Of a stretch of 64,000 nucleotides of DNA, positions 27,070-37,940 are shown one piece after another. Position 1 is the stretch's first letter, and the number at the start of each line of letters is the position of its first letter. The notes under the pieces are model-generated. The model had not been told where the DNA came from. It did no database searches and worked only from the letters and a program-made list of their open reading frames with translations. Origin of the DNA: a candidate division FCPU426 bacterium (lineage in GTDB: Bacteria > Oederibacteriota > JAAXVQ01 > JAUVAV01); assembly GCA_040756875.1 (NCBI GenBank), contig JBFLYH010000001.1, positions 896,001 through 960,000 on the forward strand, given 5' to 3'. Both the position numbers and the translations under genes were made by a program.

Positions 27070-28800
27070 ATGTTCAAAGATCTGACCTTGAAACAAAAGT
27101 TGGTGTTTTCGAGCATTTCCATGGCCGCCCTGCCGATCATCGCCCTGATGATCATCGTCCAGGTGCAGAATCACGGCGTGCTCCGCAAATCGGCCGACGT
27201 CAGCAACAAGCTCGGGATTGAGGGGCTGGACAATATCCTGCGCGTCACGACCGAAATGATCGAAATGGCCAATGCCAACGGCCTCTCCTCCCAGGTCGGC
27301 GGCGAGAGCCAGCAGGATCTCCTGTTCAACCACTTGAAAATGGTCAAAGTCGGCGAATCCGGATATATCTACATTCTTAAAGGTACAGGCGACGAACGCG
27401 GCACCTACATCCTTTCCAAAGGCCGGGAGCGCGACGGCGAGAACATCTGGAACAGCCACGACGCCGGTGGAAACTACTTCATCCGCAACATTTGCAACCG
27501 CGGCGTCCAACTCAGCCCGGGCGAATATGCGGAAGAACGCTACGCCTGGCAGAACCAGGGCGAAAGCAAAGCCCGCGTCAAAGTCGCCCGGATCGCTTAC
27601 GTGAAAAGTCTGGACTGGGTCATTGGCGTGGGGGCCTACCAGGACGAATTCGAGGAAGGCGTGCGCTTCGTGGAAAGCTATTCCCGCAACGGCATGCGGC
27701 TGATGTTCACCCTGGTCGCCGTGGCCTTGGGCCTGATCATCACGTTCTCGCTGTTCATGGCCTCATCCCTGACTTCCAAAATCACGCGGACCGCGCACGA
27801 TTTGAGCGAAGGCGCCGAGCAGACCGCTTCGGCGGCCGGGCAGGTGTCCGCGGCCAGCCAGTCGCTGGCCAACGGCGCCAACAAGCAGGCCGCCGCCGTG
27901 GAGCAAACCACCAGCAGCCTGGAGGAAATGACCTCCATGACCAAACGCAATTCTTCCAACGCCGAGGAAGCCAAAAAACTCTCCGACAGCGTGAGGGGCA
28001 AAGCCGAGGAAGGCCTCAACGCCGTCGACAAAATGTCGGCCGCGGTCACCGAAATCAAGAAGGCCTCGGACGAAACCACCAAGATCGTCAAGACCATCGA
28101 CGAAATCGCCTTCCAGACCAACCTCCTGGCCCTCAACGCCGCGGTCGAAGCCGCCCGCGCCGGAGAAGCCGGCAAGGGCTTCGCCGTCGTGGCCGAGGAA
28201 GTCCGCAATCTGGCCATGCGCAGCGCCGAGGCGGCCAAGAACACCGCCAACCTGCTGAAGGAGGCCTCGCAGAAAACCGAGGTCGGCGTCTCCATCAGCC
28301 AGAACGTCATGTCGACCTTCAAGGAAATCCACGAGGGCGCACGCAAGGTCAACGACCTGGTCACCAGCATCGCCATGGCCAACAGCGAACAGGCCCAGGG
28401 CATCGAACAGATGAGCATTTCCATGGGCCAGGTGGACAGCACCACGCAGGCCAACGCTTCCACCGCCGAAGAGGCGGCGTCCACGGCGGAAGAGCTCAAC
28501 TCCCAGGTGGAAATGCTGCGCGACATCGTGGTGGCCCTGAACGAGATCGTCGGTTCCAGGAACGGCCACGCCCCGGCCGCGGTTGTCCGCCGTCCGAGCC
28601 AGGCGCTGTCCGTGTCCGGGGCCCCTGCCGCGGCCGCCAGGCCCGCCATGGCGCCGCTGGCAGCCAGTGCAAAGAAAGCGACGGTCAAGGCCGCCGGCCC
28701 GGCCGCGCCCAAGCCGGCCGCCGGCCGCAAAACCGAACCGGCGCTGAAGCCCGAAGAGGTCATTCCCTTCGGCGACGACGAGGTGTTGGCCAAATTCTGA
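27070..28800 (+). CDS. Methyl-accepting chemotaxis protein with Cache sensor
   Basis: Two TM helices, Cache motif (GESGYIY...WVIGVG), [30 protein letters not shown]. Confidence 0.95.
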   Translation: MFKDLTLKQKLVFSSISMAALPIIALMIIVQVQNHGVLRKSADVSNKLGIEGLDNILRVTTEMIEMANANGLSSQVGGESQQDLLFNHLKMVKVGESGYIYILKGTGDERGTYILSKGRERDGENIWNSHDAGGNYFIRNICNRGVQLSPGEYAEERYAWQNQGESKARVKVARIAYVKSLDWVIGVGAYQDEFEEGVRFVESYSRNGMRLMFTLVAVALGLIITFSLFMASSLTSKITRTAHDLSEGAEQTASAAGQVSAASQSLANGANKQAAAVEQTTSSLEEMTSMTKRNSSNAEEAKKLSDSVRGKAEEGLNAVDKMSAAVTEIKKASDETTKIVKTIDEIAFQTNLLALNAAVEAARAGEAGKGFAVVAEEVRNLAMRSAEAAKNTANLLKEASQKTEVGVSISQNVMSTFKEIHEGARKVNDLVTSIAMANSEQAQGIEQMSISMGQVDSTTQANASTAEEAASTAEELNSQVEMLRDIVVALNEIVGSRNGHAPAAVVRRPSQALSVSGAPAAAARPAMAPLAASAKKATVKAAGPAAPKPAAGRKTEPALKPEEVIPFGDDEVLAKF

Positions 28801-28825
28801 GCGAACCGCCCGCAGAGGGCAGCGC
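27824..28825 (+). repeat. About 1-kb direct repeat (second copy at 30080-31079) covering the MCP signalling domain and tail
   Basis: Offset is 2256 bp; near-identical DNA through the signalling domain and continuing past the stop codon. Confidence 0.93.
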
Positions 28826-28842
28826 GCGGGAGGGATGGATCC

Positions 28843-31056
28843 ATGGCTTTCCAAAATATGACGCTGAGGACCAAGTTGCTGGCCATCGGGGTTTTGCTGA
28901 CTGCCCTGCCCTTGTTCGCAGTCACCTGGGTGGTGTTCGCGCAAAACCACACCATCGCCTCCACCGCGGCAACGCAGAGCATGGATCTGATGATGAAAAG
29001 CATCGATGAGCAGGTTACCAAAGTGCTGGAAATCGTCCTGACCCACCACACCAATTTGAACCAGCGGCTGCTGGCCGCCTCCGACTCCGCGGCCCTTATC
29101 CTGCAACGGGCCGGCCAGGTCCGGTTGGAACCGGAAACCGTATCCTGGACCGCCGTGGACCAGGCCAGCAAACGTTCCCAGTCGCTGGAATTGCCCAAGC
29201 TGGCCATCAACGGCCAGTGGTTGGGACAGGAAAGCGACCCGGCGCGCGAAACGCTGGTGGTCGACGAGATCAAACGGATGACCGGCGCCACGGCCACCCT
29301 CTTCCAGCGCATGAATTCCGGCGGAGACATGCTGCGCGTCGCCACCAACGTAGTCAATCCCCAAGGGCGCCGCGCCATCGGCACCTATATTTCAGCGCGC
29401 AACGCCGACGGAACCGCGAACCCCGTATTGGCGGAAGTCCTGAAAGGGCGCCCGTACGTCGGCCGGGCCATGGTCGTGGACTCCTGGTACCAGACCGCCT
29501 ACCGCCCTTTGTCGGACGAAAGCGGCCAGATCATCGGGATGCTCTACGTCGGCATTAAGCAGGAAAACGACAGCACGCTTAACCAGCAAATCGCCCAAAT
29601 CCGGATCGGCAAAACCGGGTATGTCTACGTTTTGAACGCCCAAGGCGCCAACCGGGGGCATTACGTGATTTCCAAGGATAATCAAAGGAACGGCGAAGAT
29701 CTGTGGAACACCCAGGATCAGAACGGAAAATTTTTCATCCGCGACATCTGCGAGAAAGCCACATTGCTGCCCGAGCGCGGCATCGGTGAAATCAGCTATG
29801 CCTGGAAAAACCCCGAGGACCCCAAAGCCAGGAACAAGATCGTCCATTACGCCTATTTCAAACCCTGGGACTGGGTGATCGCCTGCGGCATCTACGAGGA
29901 GGAGCTGAAGCCGATCGTAAATGAAATCAACCGCATCGCCGCTTCTTCGCGCACCATTCTCTTCTTGGTCATCCTCGCCGCAGTGGCCGGCGCGGTCGTC
30001 ATCTGGTTCCAGATCTCCGGAGGGCTGACCAGCAAGATCATTCAAAGCGCGCACGAAATTTCCCAGGGCACGGACCAGGCCGCTTCGGCGGCCGGGCAGG
30101 TGTCCGCGGCCAGCCAGTCGCTGGCCAACGGCGCCAACAAGCAGGCCGCCGCCGTGGAGCAAACCACCAGCAGCCTGGAGGAAATGACCTCCATGACCAA
30201 GCGCAATTCCTCCAACGCCGAGGAAGCCAAGAAGCTCTCCGACAGCGTGAGGGGCAAAGCCGAGGAAGGCCTCAACGCCGTCGACAAAATGTCGGCCGCG
30301 GTCACCGAAATCAAGAAGGCCTCGGACGAAACCACCAAGATCGTCAAAACCATCGACGAAATCGCCTTCCAGACCAACCTCCTGGCCCTCAACGCCGCGG
30401 TCGAAGCCGCCCGCGCCGGAGAAGCCGGCAAGGGCTTCGCCGTCGTGGCCGAGGAAGTCCGCAATCTGGCCATGCGCAGCGCCGAGGCGGCCAAGAACAC
30501 CGCCAACCTGCTGAAGGAGGCCTCGCAGAAAACCGAGGTCGGCGTCTCCATCAGCCAGAACGTCATGTCGACCTTCAAGGAAATCCACGAGGGCGCACGC
30601 AAGGTCAACGACCTGGTCACCAGCATCGCCATGGCCAACAGCGAACAGGCCCAGGGCATCGAACAGATGAGCATTTCCATGGGCCAGGTGGACAGCACCA
30701 CGCAGGCCAACGCTTCCACCGCCGAAGAGGCGGCGTCCACGGCGGAAGAGCTCAACTCCCAGGTGGAAATGCTGCGCGACATCGTGGTGGCCCTGAACGA
30801 GATCGTCGGTTCCAGCAACGGCCACACCGCGGCCGCGGCTGTCCGCCGGCCGAGCCAGGCGCCGTCCGTGTCCGCGGCCCCGCTTGCGGCCGCCAAGCCC
30901 GTTGCGGCGCCGCTGGCAGCCGGAGCGAAGAAAGCGACGGTCAAGGCGGCCGGTCCGGCCGCACCCATGACGGCCGCCGGCCGCAAAACCGAACCCTCGC
31001 TGAAGCCCGAAGAGGTCATTCCCTTCGGCGACGACGAGGTACTGGCGAAATTCTGA
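28843..31056 (+). CDS. Methyl-accepting chemotaxis protein with Cache3/Cache2-type sensor
   Basis: ATLFQRM...RVATNV...RAIGT, YQTAY.P..GMLYVG, second Cache unit, MCP signalling hairpin. Confidence 0.95.
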   Translation: MAFQNMTLRTKLLAIGVLLTALPLFAVTWVVFAQNHTIASTAATQSMDLMMKSIDEQVTKVLEIVLTHHTNLNQRLLAASDSAALILQRAGQVRLEPETVSWTAVDQASKRSQSLELPKLAINGQWLGQESDPARETLVVDEIKRMTGATATLFQRMNSGGDMLRVATNVVNPQGRRAIGTYISARNADGTANPVLAEVLKGRPYVGRAMVVDSWYQTAYRPLSDESGQIIGMLYVGIKQENDSTLNQQIAQIRIGKTGYVYVLNAQGANRGHYVISKDNQRNGEDLWNTQDQNGKFFIRDICEKATLLPERGIGEISYAWKNPEDPKARNKIVHYAYFKPWDWVIACGIYEEELKPIVNEINRIAASSRTILFLVILAAVAGAVVIWFQISGGLTSKIIQSAHEISQGTDQAASAAGQVSAASQSLANGANKQAAAVEQTTSSLEEMTSMTKRNSSNAEEAKKLSDSVRGKAEEGLNAVDKMSAAVTEIKKASDETTKIVKTIDEIAFQTNLLALNAAVEAARAGEAGKGFAVVAEEVRNLAMRSAEAAKNTANLLKEASQKTEVGVSISQNVMSTFKEIHEGARKVNDLVTSIAMANSEQAQGIEQMSISMGQVDSTTQANASTAEEAASTAEELNSQVEMLRDIVVALNEIVGSSNGHTAAAAVRRPSQAPSVSAAPLAAAKPVAAPLAAGAKKATVKAAGPAAPMTAAGRKTEPSLKPEEVIPFGDDEVLAKF

Positions 31057-31121
31057 ACGAACCGCCCGCAGGGCGGCGCGTGCGATCCCAACGGATCGAC
31101 CAAACAACCGAGGTACGAGGG

Positions 31122-32000
31122 ATGATCTCCAGTTGGCTGGGCCGAAAAAAAGAAGATGCCACCGCCATGTTGAGTACGCCCGAGCTGACTGCTTCGGATT
31201 TTAAAGCCATCAGCACCCTGGTCATGGAACGGTGCGGCATTCATTTGCACAGCGGCAAGCAGGAGCTGGTCAAAGCCCGCCTGGGCAAGCGCCTCCGGAC
31301 CCTGGGATTCGAAACCTGGCGGCAATACCTGAATCTGCTCAAAGAAGACGAGAGCGGCGACGAGATCACTTCCATGCTGGACGCCATCTCCACCAACCTG
31401 ACTTATTTTTTCCGGGAAAACAGCCATTTCGATTTTCTCGCCCAAACCATCCTTCCCGCCGTTGTGGCCACGGCCGACAAGCGCGGCCGCAAATTGCGCA
31501 TTTGGAGCGCCGGGTGTTCAACCGGCGAGGAACCCTACACCATCGCCCTGGTCTTGTCGGAATGCATCCCGGATCTCGACCGTTGGGACGCCAAGATCCT
31601 CGCCACGGACCTGTCGACCCGCGTGCTGGCCAAAGCCAAGAACGGCCACTACGAACCGGAACGGCTGCAGGATCTCCCCCACACGCTGCGGTCCAAATAT
31701 TTTTTCGAAACCGCGGTTGACGGCCAGACCCGCTTCCAGGTCAGGCCCGAACTGCGGCGTCTGGTGCATTTCGCCCGTTTGAACTTCATGGAGTCGTGGC
31801 CGCTCCGGGGTCCGTTCGACGTCATTTTCTGCAGAAATGTCATGATTTATTTTACGCACGAAACCCGCAACCAAATGATCAGGCAGTTTTGGTCGCTGCT
31901 GCCGATGGGAGGTTATTTTCTCATCGGCCATTCAGAAAGTTTGACCGGGCTGAATCATGAATTTAAATATTTGAAGCCGTCGACATACCAAAAAACATGA
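31122..32000 (+). CDS. cheR: Chemotaxis methyltransferase CheR (start uncertain)
   Basis: TNLTYFFRE, RIWSAGCSTGEEPY, FDVIFCRNVMIYF, IGHSES. Confidence 0.96.
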   Translation: MISSWLGRKKEDATAMLSTPELTASDFKAISTLVMERCGIHLHSGKQELVKARLGKRLRTLGFETWRQYLNLLKEDESGDEITSMLDAISTNLTYFFRENSHFDFLAQTILPAVVATADKRGRKLRIWSAGCSTGEEPYTIALVLSECIPDLDRWDAKILATDLSTRVLAKAKNGHYEPERLQDLPHTLRSKYFFETAVDGQTRFQVRPELRRLVHFARLNFMESWPLRGPFDVIFCRNVMIYFTHETRNQMIRQFWSLLPMGGYFLIGHSESLTGLNHEFKYLKPSTYQKT

Positions 32001-32500
32001 ACAGCATACTGGGATCACAGCGGGAACATATCGTCATCGGCGTGGCCGACATGAAGCTGTCCAACCAGCGGGGCGACATTCTGGTCACCCACGCCCTGGG
32101 CAGCTGCCTGGGCATCGCCATCCACGATCCCGTGGCCTGCGTGGGCGGGATTTTTCACGTCATGCTGCCCACCAGCAGCGCTTCCCCGGAAAAGGCGGCC
32201 TCCCATCCGCTGATGTTCGTGGACACCGGCACGCCGCTGTTCTTCAAGCAGGCCTACGCCCTGGGCGCCAGCAAACCGCAACTGGTGGTCAAAGTGGCCG
32301 GCGGCTCGGCATTGGCGCTGGGAGACGACTTCTTCGCCATCGGCAAGCGCAACATCCTCATGTTGCGCAAGCTGCTCTGGAAAAACGACATTCTGATCGC
32401 CAAAGAGGACGTCGGCGGAAGCATATCCCGGACTTTGTACCTGGAAGTCGGGACCGGCAAAACGTGGTTGCATTCCAGCGGACAGGAGTGGGAGCTATGA
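31997..32500 (+). CDS. cheD: Chemoreceptor glutamine deamidase CheD
   Basis: LGSCLG, HVMLP, KVAGG, IGKRN, EDVGG. Confidence 0.93.
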   Translation: MNSILGSQREHIVIGVADMKLSNQRGDILVTHALGSCLGIAIHDPVACVGGIFHVMLPTSSASPEKAASHPLMFVDTGTPLFFKQAYALGASKPQLVVKVAGGSALALGDDFFAIGKRNILMLRKLLWKNDILIAKEDVGGSISRTLYLEVGTGKTWLHSSGQEWEL

Positions 32501-33339
32501 TCGGGCCCATCAAACCGGAAGAATTCGGAAAATTGCCGCCTATGTCCTCCTCGGTCAACCGGCTGGCACGTCTGATCAACGAGCCGGAGGTCGACATCCG
32601 TGAAATCACGCGGATCATCGAGTTGGATGTGTCTCTGACCGCCAATCTGCTGCGGTGGGCCAACTCGGCCTGGAGCCAGACCGAGAATCCCATTCTCACG
32701 GTCCGCGAAGCGGTCATCCGTCTGGGGATGGGCAACATCCTTAAAATGTCCATTGGCCAAACCGTGGCCGAACCCATGCGCAAATCCTGTCCCGGATACG
32801 GGCTCGCGGAAAAGGAGTTGTGGCGGCACAGCGTGGCCGCCGCCCTCGCAGCCGAAACCCTCGACCGTCTGACGCCCAGGCGGATTCCAGGCGTGGCGTT
32901 CACTGCGGCGCTGCTGCACGACATCGGCAAATTACTGCTGGGGCAGCATATGACTCCGGAAATGACGCAGCAAATCCGCCAACTCGTGGAAAGCGAAAAC
33001 ATCACTTACAATGCCGCCGAGTTTAAAATATTGGGTACGGATCACGCCAAGGTCGGCGCGGCCATCGGACGGCATTGGGGATTTCCCGAAGTGCTCGTGC
33101 GGGCGATCGAATTCCACCACGACCCCGAAGCCCAGCCCGACATGGTGTCGGACGCGGTTCACATTGCCAACACCGTGGCCAAATTCATCGGCGTGGGCAT
33201 GGGAAGCGAGCAAATGAACCTGCGCGCAAGTCAGGAGGCCGCCGAGCGCCTGGGGTTGAATTCCCTGGTGCTGGAATCCGTATGCGCAACCGTCCAATCC
33301 GACCTGGCCAAGACCGAAGCGCTGTGGGAGGTTCACTGA
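32497..33339 (+). CDS. HDOD domain signal-transduction protein
   Basis: LPPM, LLRWANSA, AVIRLG, LWRHS, LLHDIGK, HWGFP, FHH. Confidence 0.92.
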   Translation: MIGPIKPEEFGKLPPMSSSVNRLARLINEPEVDIREITRIIELDVSLTANLLRWANSAWSQTENPILTVREAVIRLGMGNILKMSIGQTVAEPMRKSCPGYGLAEKELWRHSVAAALAAETLDRLTPRRIPGVAFTAALLHDIGKLLLGQHMTPEMTQQIRQLVESENITYNAAEFKILGTDHAKVGAAIGRHWGFPEVLVRAIEFHHDPEAQPDMVSDAVHIANTVAKFIGVGMGSEQMNLRASQEAAERLGLNSLVLESVCATVQSDLAKTEALWEVH

Positions 33340-33340
33340 T

Positions 33341-33739
33341 ATGGAACCCTTAAAAGTCCTGGTAGTGGACGACAGTTCGTCCATGCGGGCGATATTGAAA
33401 AAAATTCTGCGCCTGACCGGTTTGCCCCTGGCCCAGATCTTTGAGGCCGGCAACGGCTTGCAGGCGCTGGAGCTGCTCGCCCAAAACGCCATTGATCTGG
33501 TGTTCGTGGATCTGAACATGCCTGAAATGGGAGGGATGGAATTCATCGGCCGTGTCCAGTCCGATCCCAAGCTGGCCAACACGATCCCGATCATCGTGGT
33601 TTCGACCGAATCCAGCCAGACGCGCATCGACGAAATCCTGGCCAAAGGCATGGGGTTTATCCACAAGCCCTTCACGCCCGAACAAGTGTGCGAAAAAGTG
33701 CGCACCGTGATGGGAGGCGCTTCACATGGAAGCGAATGA
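33341..33739 (+). CDS. cheY: CheY-like response regulator
   Basis: VVDDS, DLNMP, HKPF. Confidence 0.88.
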   Translation: MEPLKVLVVDDSSSMRAILKKILRLTGLPLAQIFEAGNGLQALELLAQNAIDLVFVDLNMPEMGGMEFIGRVQSDPKLANTIPIIVVSTESSQTRIDEILAKGMGFIHKPFTPEQVCEKVRTVMGGASHGSE

Positions 33740-34202
33740 CGTGCTCTTAAACAAAGTGGCCCAGGAAATCTTCGAGCAAACGGCCTATCTGACCCCCCGT
33801 CCCGAAGGAACGCCCAGCATGCCCAAACGGCCGGACGCCATGGCACGGGCCACCGTGAATTTCACGGGCCCCTTTCCCGGCATCTTGCAGCTCGAAGTCC
33901 CCTCGGACCTGCTGCCCATCCTGGCTTCCAATATGCTGGGGGAGGATGAAACCAGCCCCGAGGCGGCCCGGCAAGGCCAGGATGCGCTGGGCGAGCTGGC
34001 CAACATCATTTGCGGCAATTTGCTGGCGCGCATGGCCGGCCCCGAGCCCATTTTCCACTTGGACGCTCCGACCATCGAAAATCCGGCCCGGCCCGTTCCC
34101 GATGTGCCGGCAAACAAATACCGGGCTTACACGACGTTATCCCTGGAAATCGGCTGGGCCTCTTTGAGCATTGCGTTGAACCCGGTCGAAACGCCGGCCT
34201 AG
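33726..34202 (+). CDS. cheX: CheX-like phosphatase
   Basis: FTGPFPG, NMLG, DALGELANIICGN (ExxN motif). Confidence 0.85.
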   Translation: MEANDVLLNKVAQEIFEQTAYLTPRPEGTPSMPKRPDAMARATVNFTGPFPGILQLEVPSDLLPILASNMLGEDETSPEAARQGQDALGELANIICGNLLARMAGPEPIFHLDAPTIENPARPVPDVPANKYRAYTTLSLEIGWASLSIALNPVETPA

Positions 34203-34239
34203 CCGGCGCGGCAAACAACTTCGAACCGCGAGGCAGCTT

Positions 34240-35289
34240 ATGATCCGCGTACTGGTCGTCGACGACTCGCACATCATACGCAATAAAATTTCGCAGGGCC
34301 TGGATAATTTTAAAGGCATCGAAGTGACGGGCACCGCCGCGGACGCCTACGAGGCGCGAGAAAAAATCGTCGCGCTTCAGCCCGACGTCGTGACCTTGGA
34401 CCTCGAAATGCCGCGCATGGACGGGTTTTCTTTTTTGGAAAAGCTGATGGCCCACTATCCCCTGCCGGTGATCGTGGTCAGTTCGATCTCCCAGGCCGGA
34501 AGCGCCAGCGCCATTCGCGCCCTGGAGCTCGGCGCCGTGGACGTACTCAGCAAACCCAACTCCAAGGAGGAAGTCCCGGCGTTCCTGCAAATGCTGATGG
34601 AAAAAATCAAGATCGCCGCCCAGGCCAAAATCCGCAACCATGCCGCGCCGACGGCCCAAAACCCCGTTGCAGGCGCCCAGACGCTGACCGAAGGCGAGCT
34701 CAAGCACAAAGTGCTGGCCATCGGCGCCTCCACGGGCGGCACCGAAGCCATCGCCAAAGTCCTGCAGGCATTGCCCAAGGAAATTCCGGGCACGGTCATG
34801 GTCCAACACATGCCCGCCTATATCATGCCGGCTTTTGCCAAGCGTCTGAACGACCTCAGCGCCCTCGAAGTCCAGGAAGCCAAAAACGGCATGACCCTCC
34901 GCCCCGGCCTGGCCCTGCTTTCGCCCGGAGACAAGCACATGGTCATCAGCCGCAACGGCGACAACTACATGATCCATCTGAAAGACGGGCCGAAAGTTTT
35001 CCACCAGCGCCCCAGCGTGGAGGTGCTGTTCGATTCAGTGGCCAAATGCGCCGGGCCGAGCGCGGTCGGCGTGATCCTGACCGGCATGGGCGCGGACGGC
35101 GCCCGGGCCCTGCTCAACATGAAAAACCAAGGATCGTACACCATCGCCCAGGACGAAAAAACTTCGGTGGTCTTCGGCATGCCCAAAGCGGCCATTGACC
35201 TGGAGGCAGCCACCGCCGTTCTCGCTTTGGATAAAATCCCCCAGGGCATCATCCGGGGCTTTAAAAAATTATGCGGCGCAGAAGTGTAA
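34240..35289 (+). CDS. cheB: Chemotaxis response regulator/methylesterase CheB
   Basis: Receiver domain plus GASTGG, VQHMP, RPSVEVLF, LTGMGADGA, VVFGMP. Confidence 0.96.
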   Translation: MIRVLVVDDSHIIRNKISQGLDNFKGIEVTGTAADAYEAREKIVALQPDVVTLDLEMPRMDGFSFLEKLMAHYPLPVIVVSSISQAGSASAIRALELGAVDVLSKPNSKEEVPAFLQMLMEKIKIAAQAKIRNHAAPTAQNPVAGAQTLTEGELKHKVLAIGASTGGTEAIAKVLQALPKEIPGTVMVQHMPAYIMPAFAKRLNDLSALEVQEAKNGMTLRPGLALLSPGDKHMVISRNGDNYMIHLKDGPKVFHQRPSVEVLFDSVAKCAGPSAVGVILTGMGADGARALLNMKNQGSYTIAQDEKTSVVFGMPKAAIDLEAATAVLALDKIPQGIIRGFKKLCGAEV

Positions 35290-35356
35290 CCTCGCCGGCC
35301 CGCTACTAAGGCGCCGGCGGTTTCGCGGAACCATTCGCAGAGAGGCGGAAACAGAC

Positions 35357-36475
35357 ATGCACACAGCACCCCGGGAAAACCAGAACCGTTCTTCCTCCCT
35401 TCCGGCGGCTTCGCGACCCCAGGCCGCGGAATCCGGCGCACCCGGCCGGATGAACCTCCCCGACTGGATGGGCGAAGCCCTGGCGGCGGCCTTCGACGTG
35501 TCGTTGACCTCCTTGGGCAAGGATAGTTACCGGGTGATCGGCGTGACCGAAAATTACGACCGAGACAATGTGATCGGCGCCTATTTGCCCATGATCAGCC
35601 AGGACGACGCGGTGATCATCGGCATTTTATCCAACAAACTCGGCTGTCAGGAACTGGCCAAATACTTTCTGCAGATGGAAAGTCAGCCGGAGGAGATTTC
35701 CCAGGAAGACATGGCGGATGCCATCCGGGAAATGTTGAACATCCTGTGCGGAGTCGTCAAACGCCAGATGGCCGAACGCCATCCGATACTTAAAACCGGA
35801 CTGCCGGTATTCGTCGAAGGCGACGTGGCTTTGGCCACCGGCCAGGAAGCGCTCTGCATGAAGGTGACCATCGGGCCGCTGGAGATGTACGTGCGCATCA
35901 TCCTCTCGCCGGCGATGCCCCAGCAGGAGCTGTATGACCAGTTGCGCAAGGCCGGCAAGCGTTTGAGTCTCAGCCAGTGGCTGACCGAGATGACCACCGC
36001 GTTTTTCGTCATGACGCCCAAAACCATCGGCCGGGCCGATCATTTCGCGGTCAGCGATATCGCCGACCAATACCGTCGCGAGGACGTCTGCGGCGCCTAC
36101 ATGCCGTTAATCGGAGAGACCGAAGCCGTGCTGCTGGGGCTCATTTCCAACCACGAAGGGTTTGACGCCATCGCCAGAAGCTTCATGGGCGTCGAAAGAA
36201 CCTTCCAGCTTACCGGCGAAGACACGGCAGACGCCATTAAAGAAATTTTGAACATCATTAGCGGGTTGATCAGGCGGCAACTGGCCGAACAAAAATTACC
36301 CTTCCACATGGGGCTGCCGATCTTTATCAACGGCTACCTCGAAGTGAGCGACGACCAGGAAGCAGCCCGGGTCATGGTCGGCATCCAAAACTCGAAAATG
36401 AATCTGGTCGTCATCAGAAAGAAGACAAGCCGGAAACCGGAACGAAACGCTAGGCACAGCAAGCCTACGGCGTAA
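35357..36475 (+). CDS. Tandem double CheX-like domain protein
   Basis: Two internal repeats: GAYLPMI...DAIREMLNILCG...GLPVFVEG and GAYMPLI...DAIKEILNIISG...GLPIFING. Confidence 0.8.
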   Translation: MHTAPRENQNRSSSLPAASRPQAAESGAPGRMNLPDWMGEALAAAFDVSLTSLGKDSYRVIGVTENYDRDNVIGAYLPMISQDDAVIIGILSNKLGCQELAKYFLQMESQPEEISQEDMADAIREMLNILCGVVKRQMAERHPILKTGLPVFVEGDVALATGQEALCMKVTIGPLEMYVRIILSPAMPQQELYDQLRKAGKRLSLSQWLTEMTTAFFVMTPKTIGRADHFAVSDIADQYRREDVCGAYMPLIGETEAVLLGLISNHEGFDAIARSFMGVERTFQLTGEDTADAIKEILNIISGLIRRQLAEQKLPFHMGLPIFINGYLEVSDDQEAARVMVGIQNSKMNLVVIRKKTSRKPERNARHSKPTA

Positions 36476-36510
36476 CCACACAGCAAAACGCCACTGGGCG
36501 GAGGTGGATC

Positions 36511-36873
36511 ATGAAAATACTCATCGTAGACGACAGCAAGGCCATGCGCATGATCATCAGGCGTATCCTGCGGCAAGCCGGATTCCAGGACGTGGACGCC
36601 GAGGAAGCCGTCAACGGCAAGGATGCCCTGGAGAAGATCAAAACCGTGGCGCCGGATCTGGTTTTCCTGGACTGGAACATGCCGGAAATGAACGGCATCG
36701 AAGTGGCTCAGAACCTCAAGCAAAGCGGCTCCCCGATCAAGTACGGCTTCGTCACCTCCGAAGGCACGCAGGAAATGAAGCAACTGGCCATGGATGCAGG
36801 AGCCAACTTTTTCATCTGCAAGCCGTTCACCGTAGAAACTTTCCAAAGCGAGCTGGCGGGGATTTTATCATGA
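36511..36873 (+). CDS. cheY: CheY-like response regulator
   Basis: IVDDSKAMR, DWNMP, GFVTSE, KPFT. Confidence 0.9.
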   Translation: MKILIVDDSKAMRMIIRRILRQAGFQDVDAEEAVNGKDALEKIKTVAPDLVFLDWNMPEMNGIEVAQNLKQSGSPIKYGFVTSEGTQEMKQLAMDAGANFFICKPFTVETFQSELAGILS

Positions 36874-37373
36874 GCCATGAGTCCGCCCCTTCCATACGGG
36901 AGTGGCTGGGCGCGGCCGAGCGGGCCGCCGAGGAATTGGCCAGCACGATTCTGGGAATCGAGGATTTCCAAATCACCGGCCATGCGCTCGAACCCCCGGA
37001 ATCCCTCGTGGGCGGATACATCAATCTGAACAACGACCTGATCAGACTGAAGCTGGGCGTCCTGACCGATCCCGAAGGCTGTTTGGAGGTAACCCGCCTG
37101 TTTTTGGGCATGGAAACCATTTCCCTGGAGGAACAGGCGGATGCCTGGGGAGAGATCGTAAACATCCTGGCCGGCACCATGAAGCGCAACCTGGACGGCC
37201 ACAGTGCGCCGATCCAGATGGGGTTGCCGAGCGTTGCCAAGGACTTGCCCACGCTTCCGGCCCCGGACGAAATCGCGGCCACCAATCTCACCTTGGGCAA
37301 GGCCAAAGTCACTTTAATGCTGGTCAAGCATCAAAATCACGGAGGTTCCAACGGCAATGAAACTCCCCGCTGA
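36870..37373 (+). CDS. CheX-like protein
   Basis: DAWGEIVNILAG, MGLP; ATG at 36870 overlaps the cheY stop. Confidence 0.78.
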   Translation: MSHESAPSIREWLGAAERAAEELASTILGIEDFQITGHALEPPESLVGGYINLNNDLIRLKLGVLTDPEGCLEVTRLFLGMETISLEEQADAWGEIVNILAGTMKRNLDGHSAPIQMGLPSVAKDLPTLPAPDEIAATNLTLGKAKVTLMLVKHQNHGGSNGNETPR

Positions 37374-37821
37374 CAACGAACTCAAGCAGACGTTCTTCGA
37401 TCTTCTGGCCACGCCCATCACGGTCACTCCGCTGCCCGCTTGCACGATCGATAAAAAAAACGCGGCGATCGGAGATTTCACCGGCCATGGGCATCTCGTC
37501 CTGGCGGTCGCCGACCTGAATTTCGCCAACAAATCCGGCGCGGCCATGACCCTGATTCCCGCCGCGGAAGCCGAGCGGGGCGTGCGCACCAACGATATCC
37601 CCGAGGGGATCATCGAAAACTACTCCGAAGTTCTCAATGTACTCGGTGGATTGCTCAATATGCAGAACCAAATCCACTTGCTCTTCGGAAAAGTATACCG
37701 CCCCGGCAAAGACCCGCTCCCTCCCGAAGCAGCCGCCATTTTGGCGAAACCCGCGGTGCAGGCCAATTTCAACGTTCAGATCGGGAAATACGGCGAAGGC
37801 AAATTCACGCTCATGGCTTAA
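37357..37821 (+). CDS. Divergent CheX/CheC-fold protein
   Basis: GAAMTLIP, ENYSEVLNVLGGLLN (ExxN); last gene of the che cluster. Confidence 0.55.
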   Translation: MKLPADNELKQTFFDLLATPITVTPLPACTIDKKNAAIGDFTGHGHLVLAVADLNFANKSGAAMTLIPAAEAERGVRTNDIPEGIIENYSEVLNVLGGLLNMQNQIHLLFGKVYRPGKDPLPPEAAAILAKPAVQANFNVQIGKYGEGKFTLMA

Positions 37822-37940
37822 GCGCACGGTCATCCTCCGTTTTAAAGCCCCCGCGCCCCCCAAAATAAAATCCCAAAACACTTAATCCGACGCCTTTTTC
37901 TGCCGTTAACTATCTATATGTCATTTTGACGGAGGCTGTC

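Noticed and set aside
36504-36869. N-terminal extension of the CheX-like ORF (289-aa call)
   Set aside because: It overlaps cheY in another frame; the ATG at 36870 is the coupled start.
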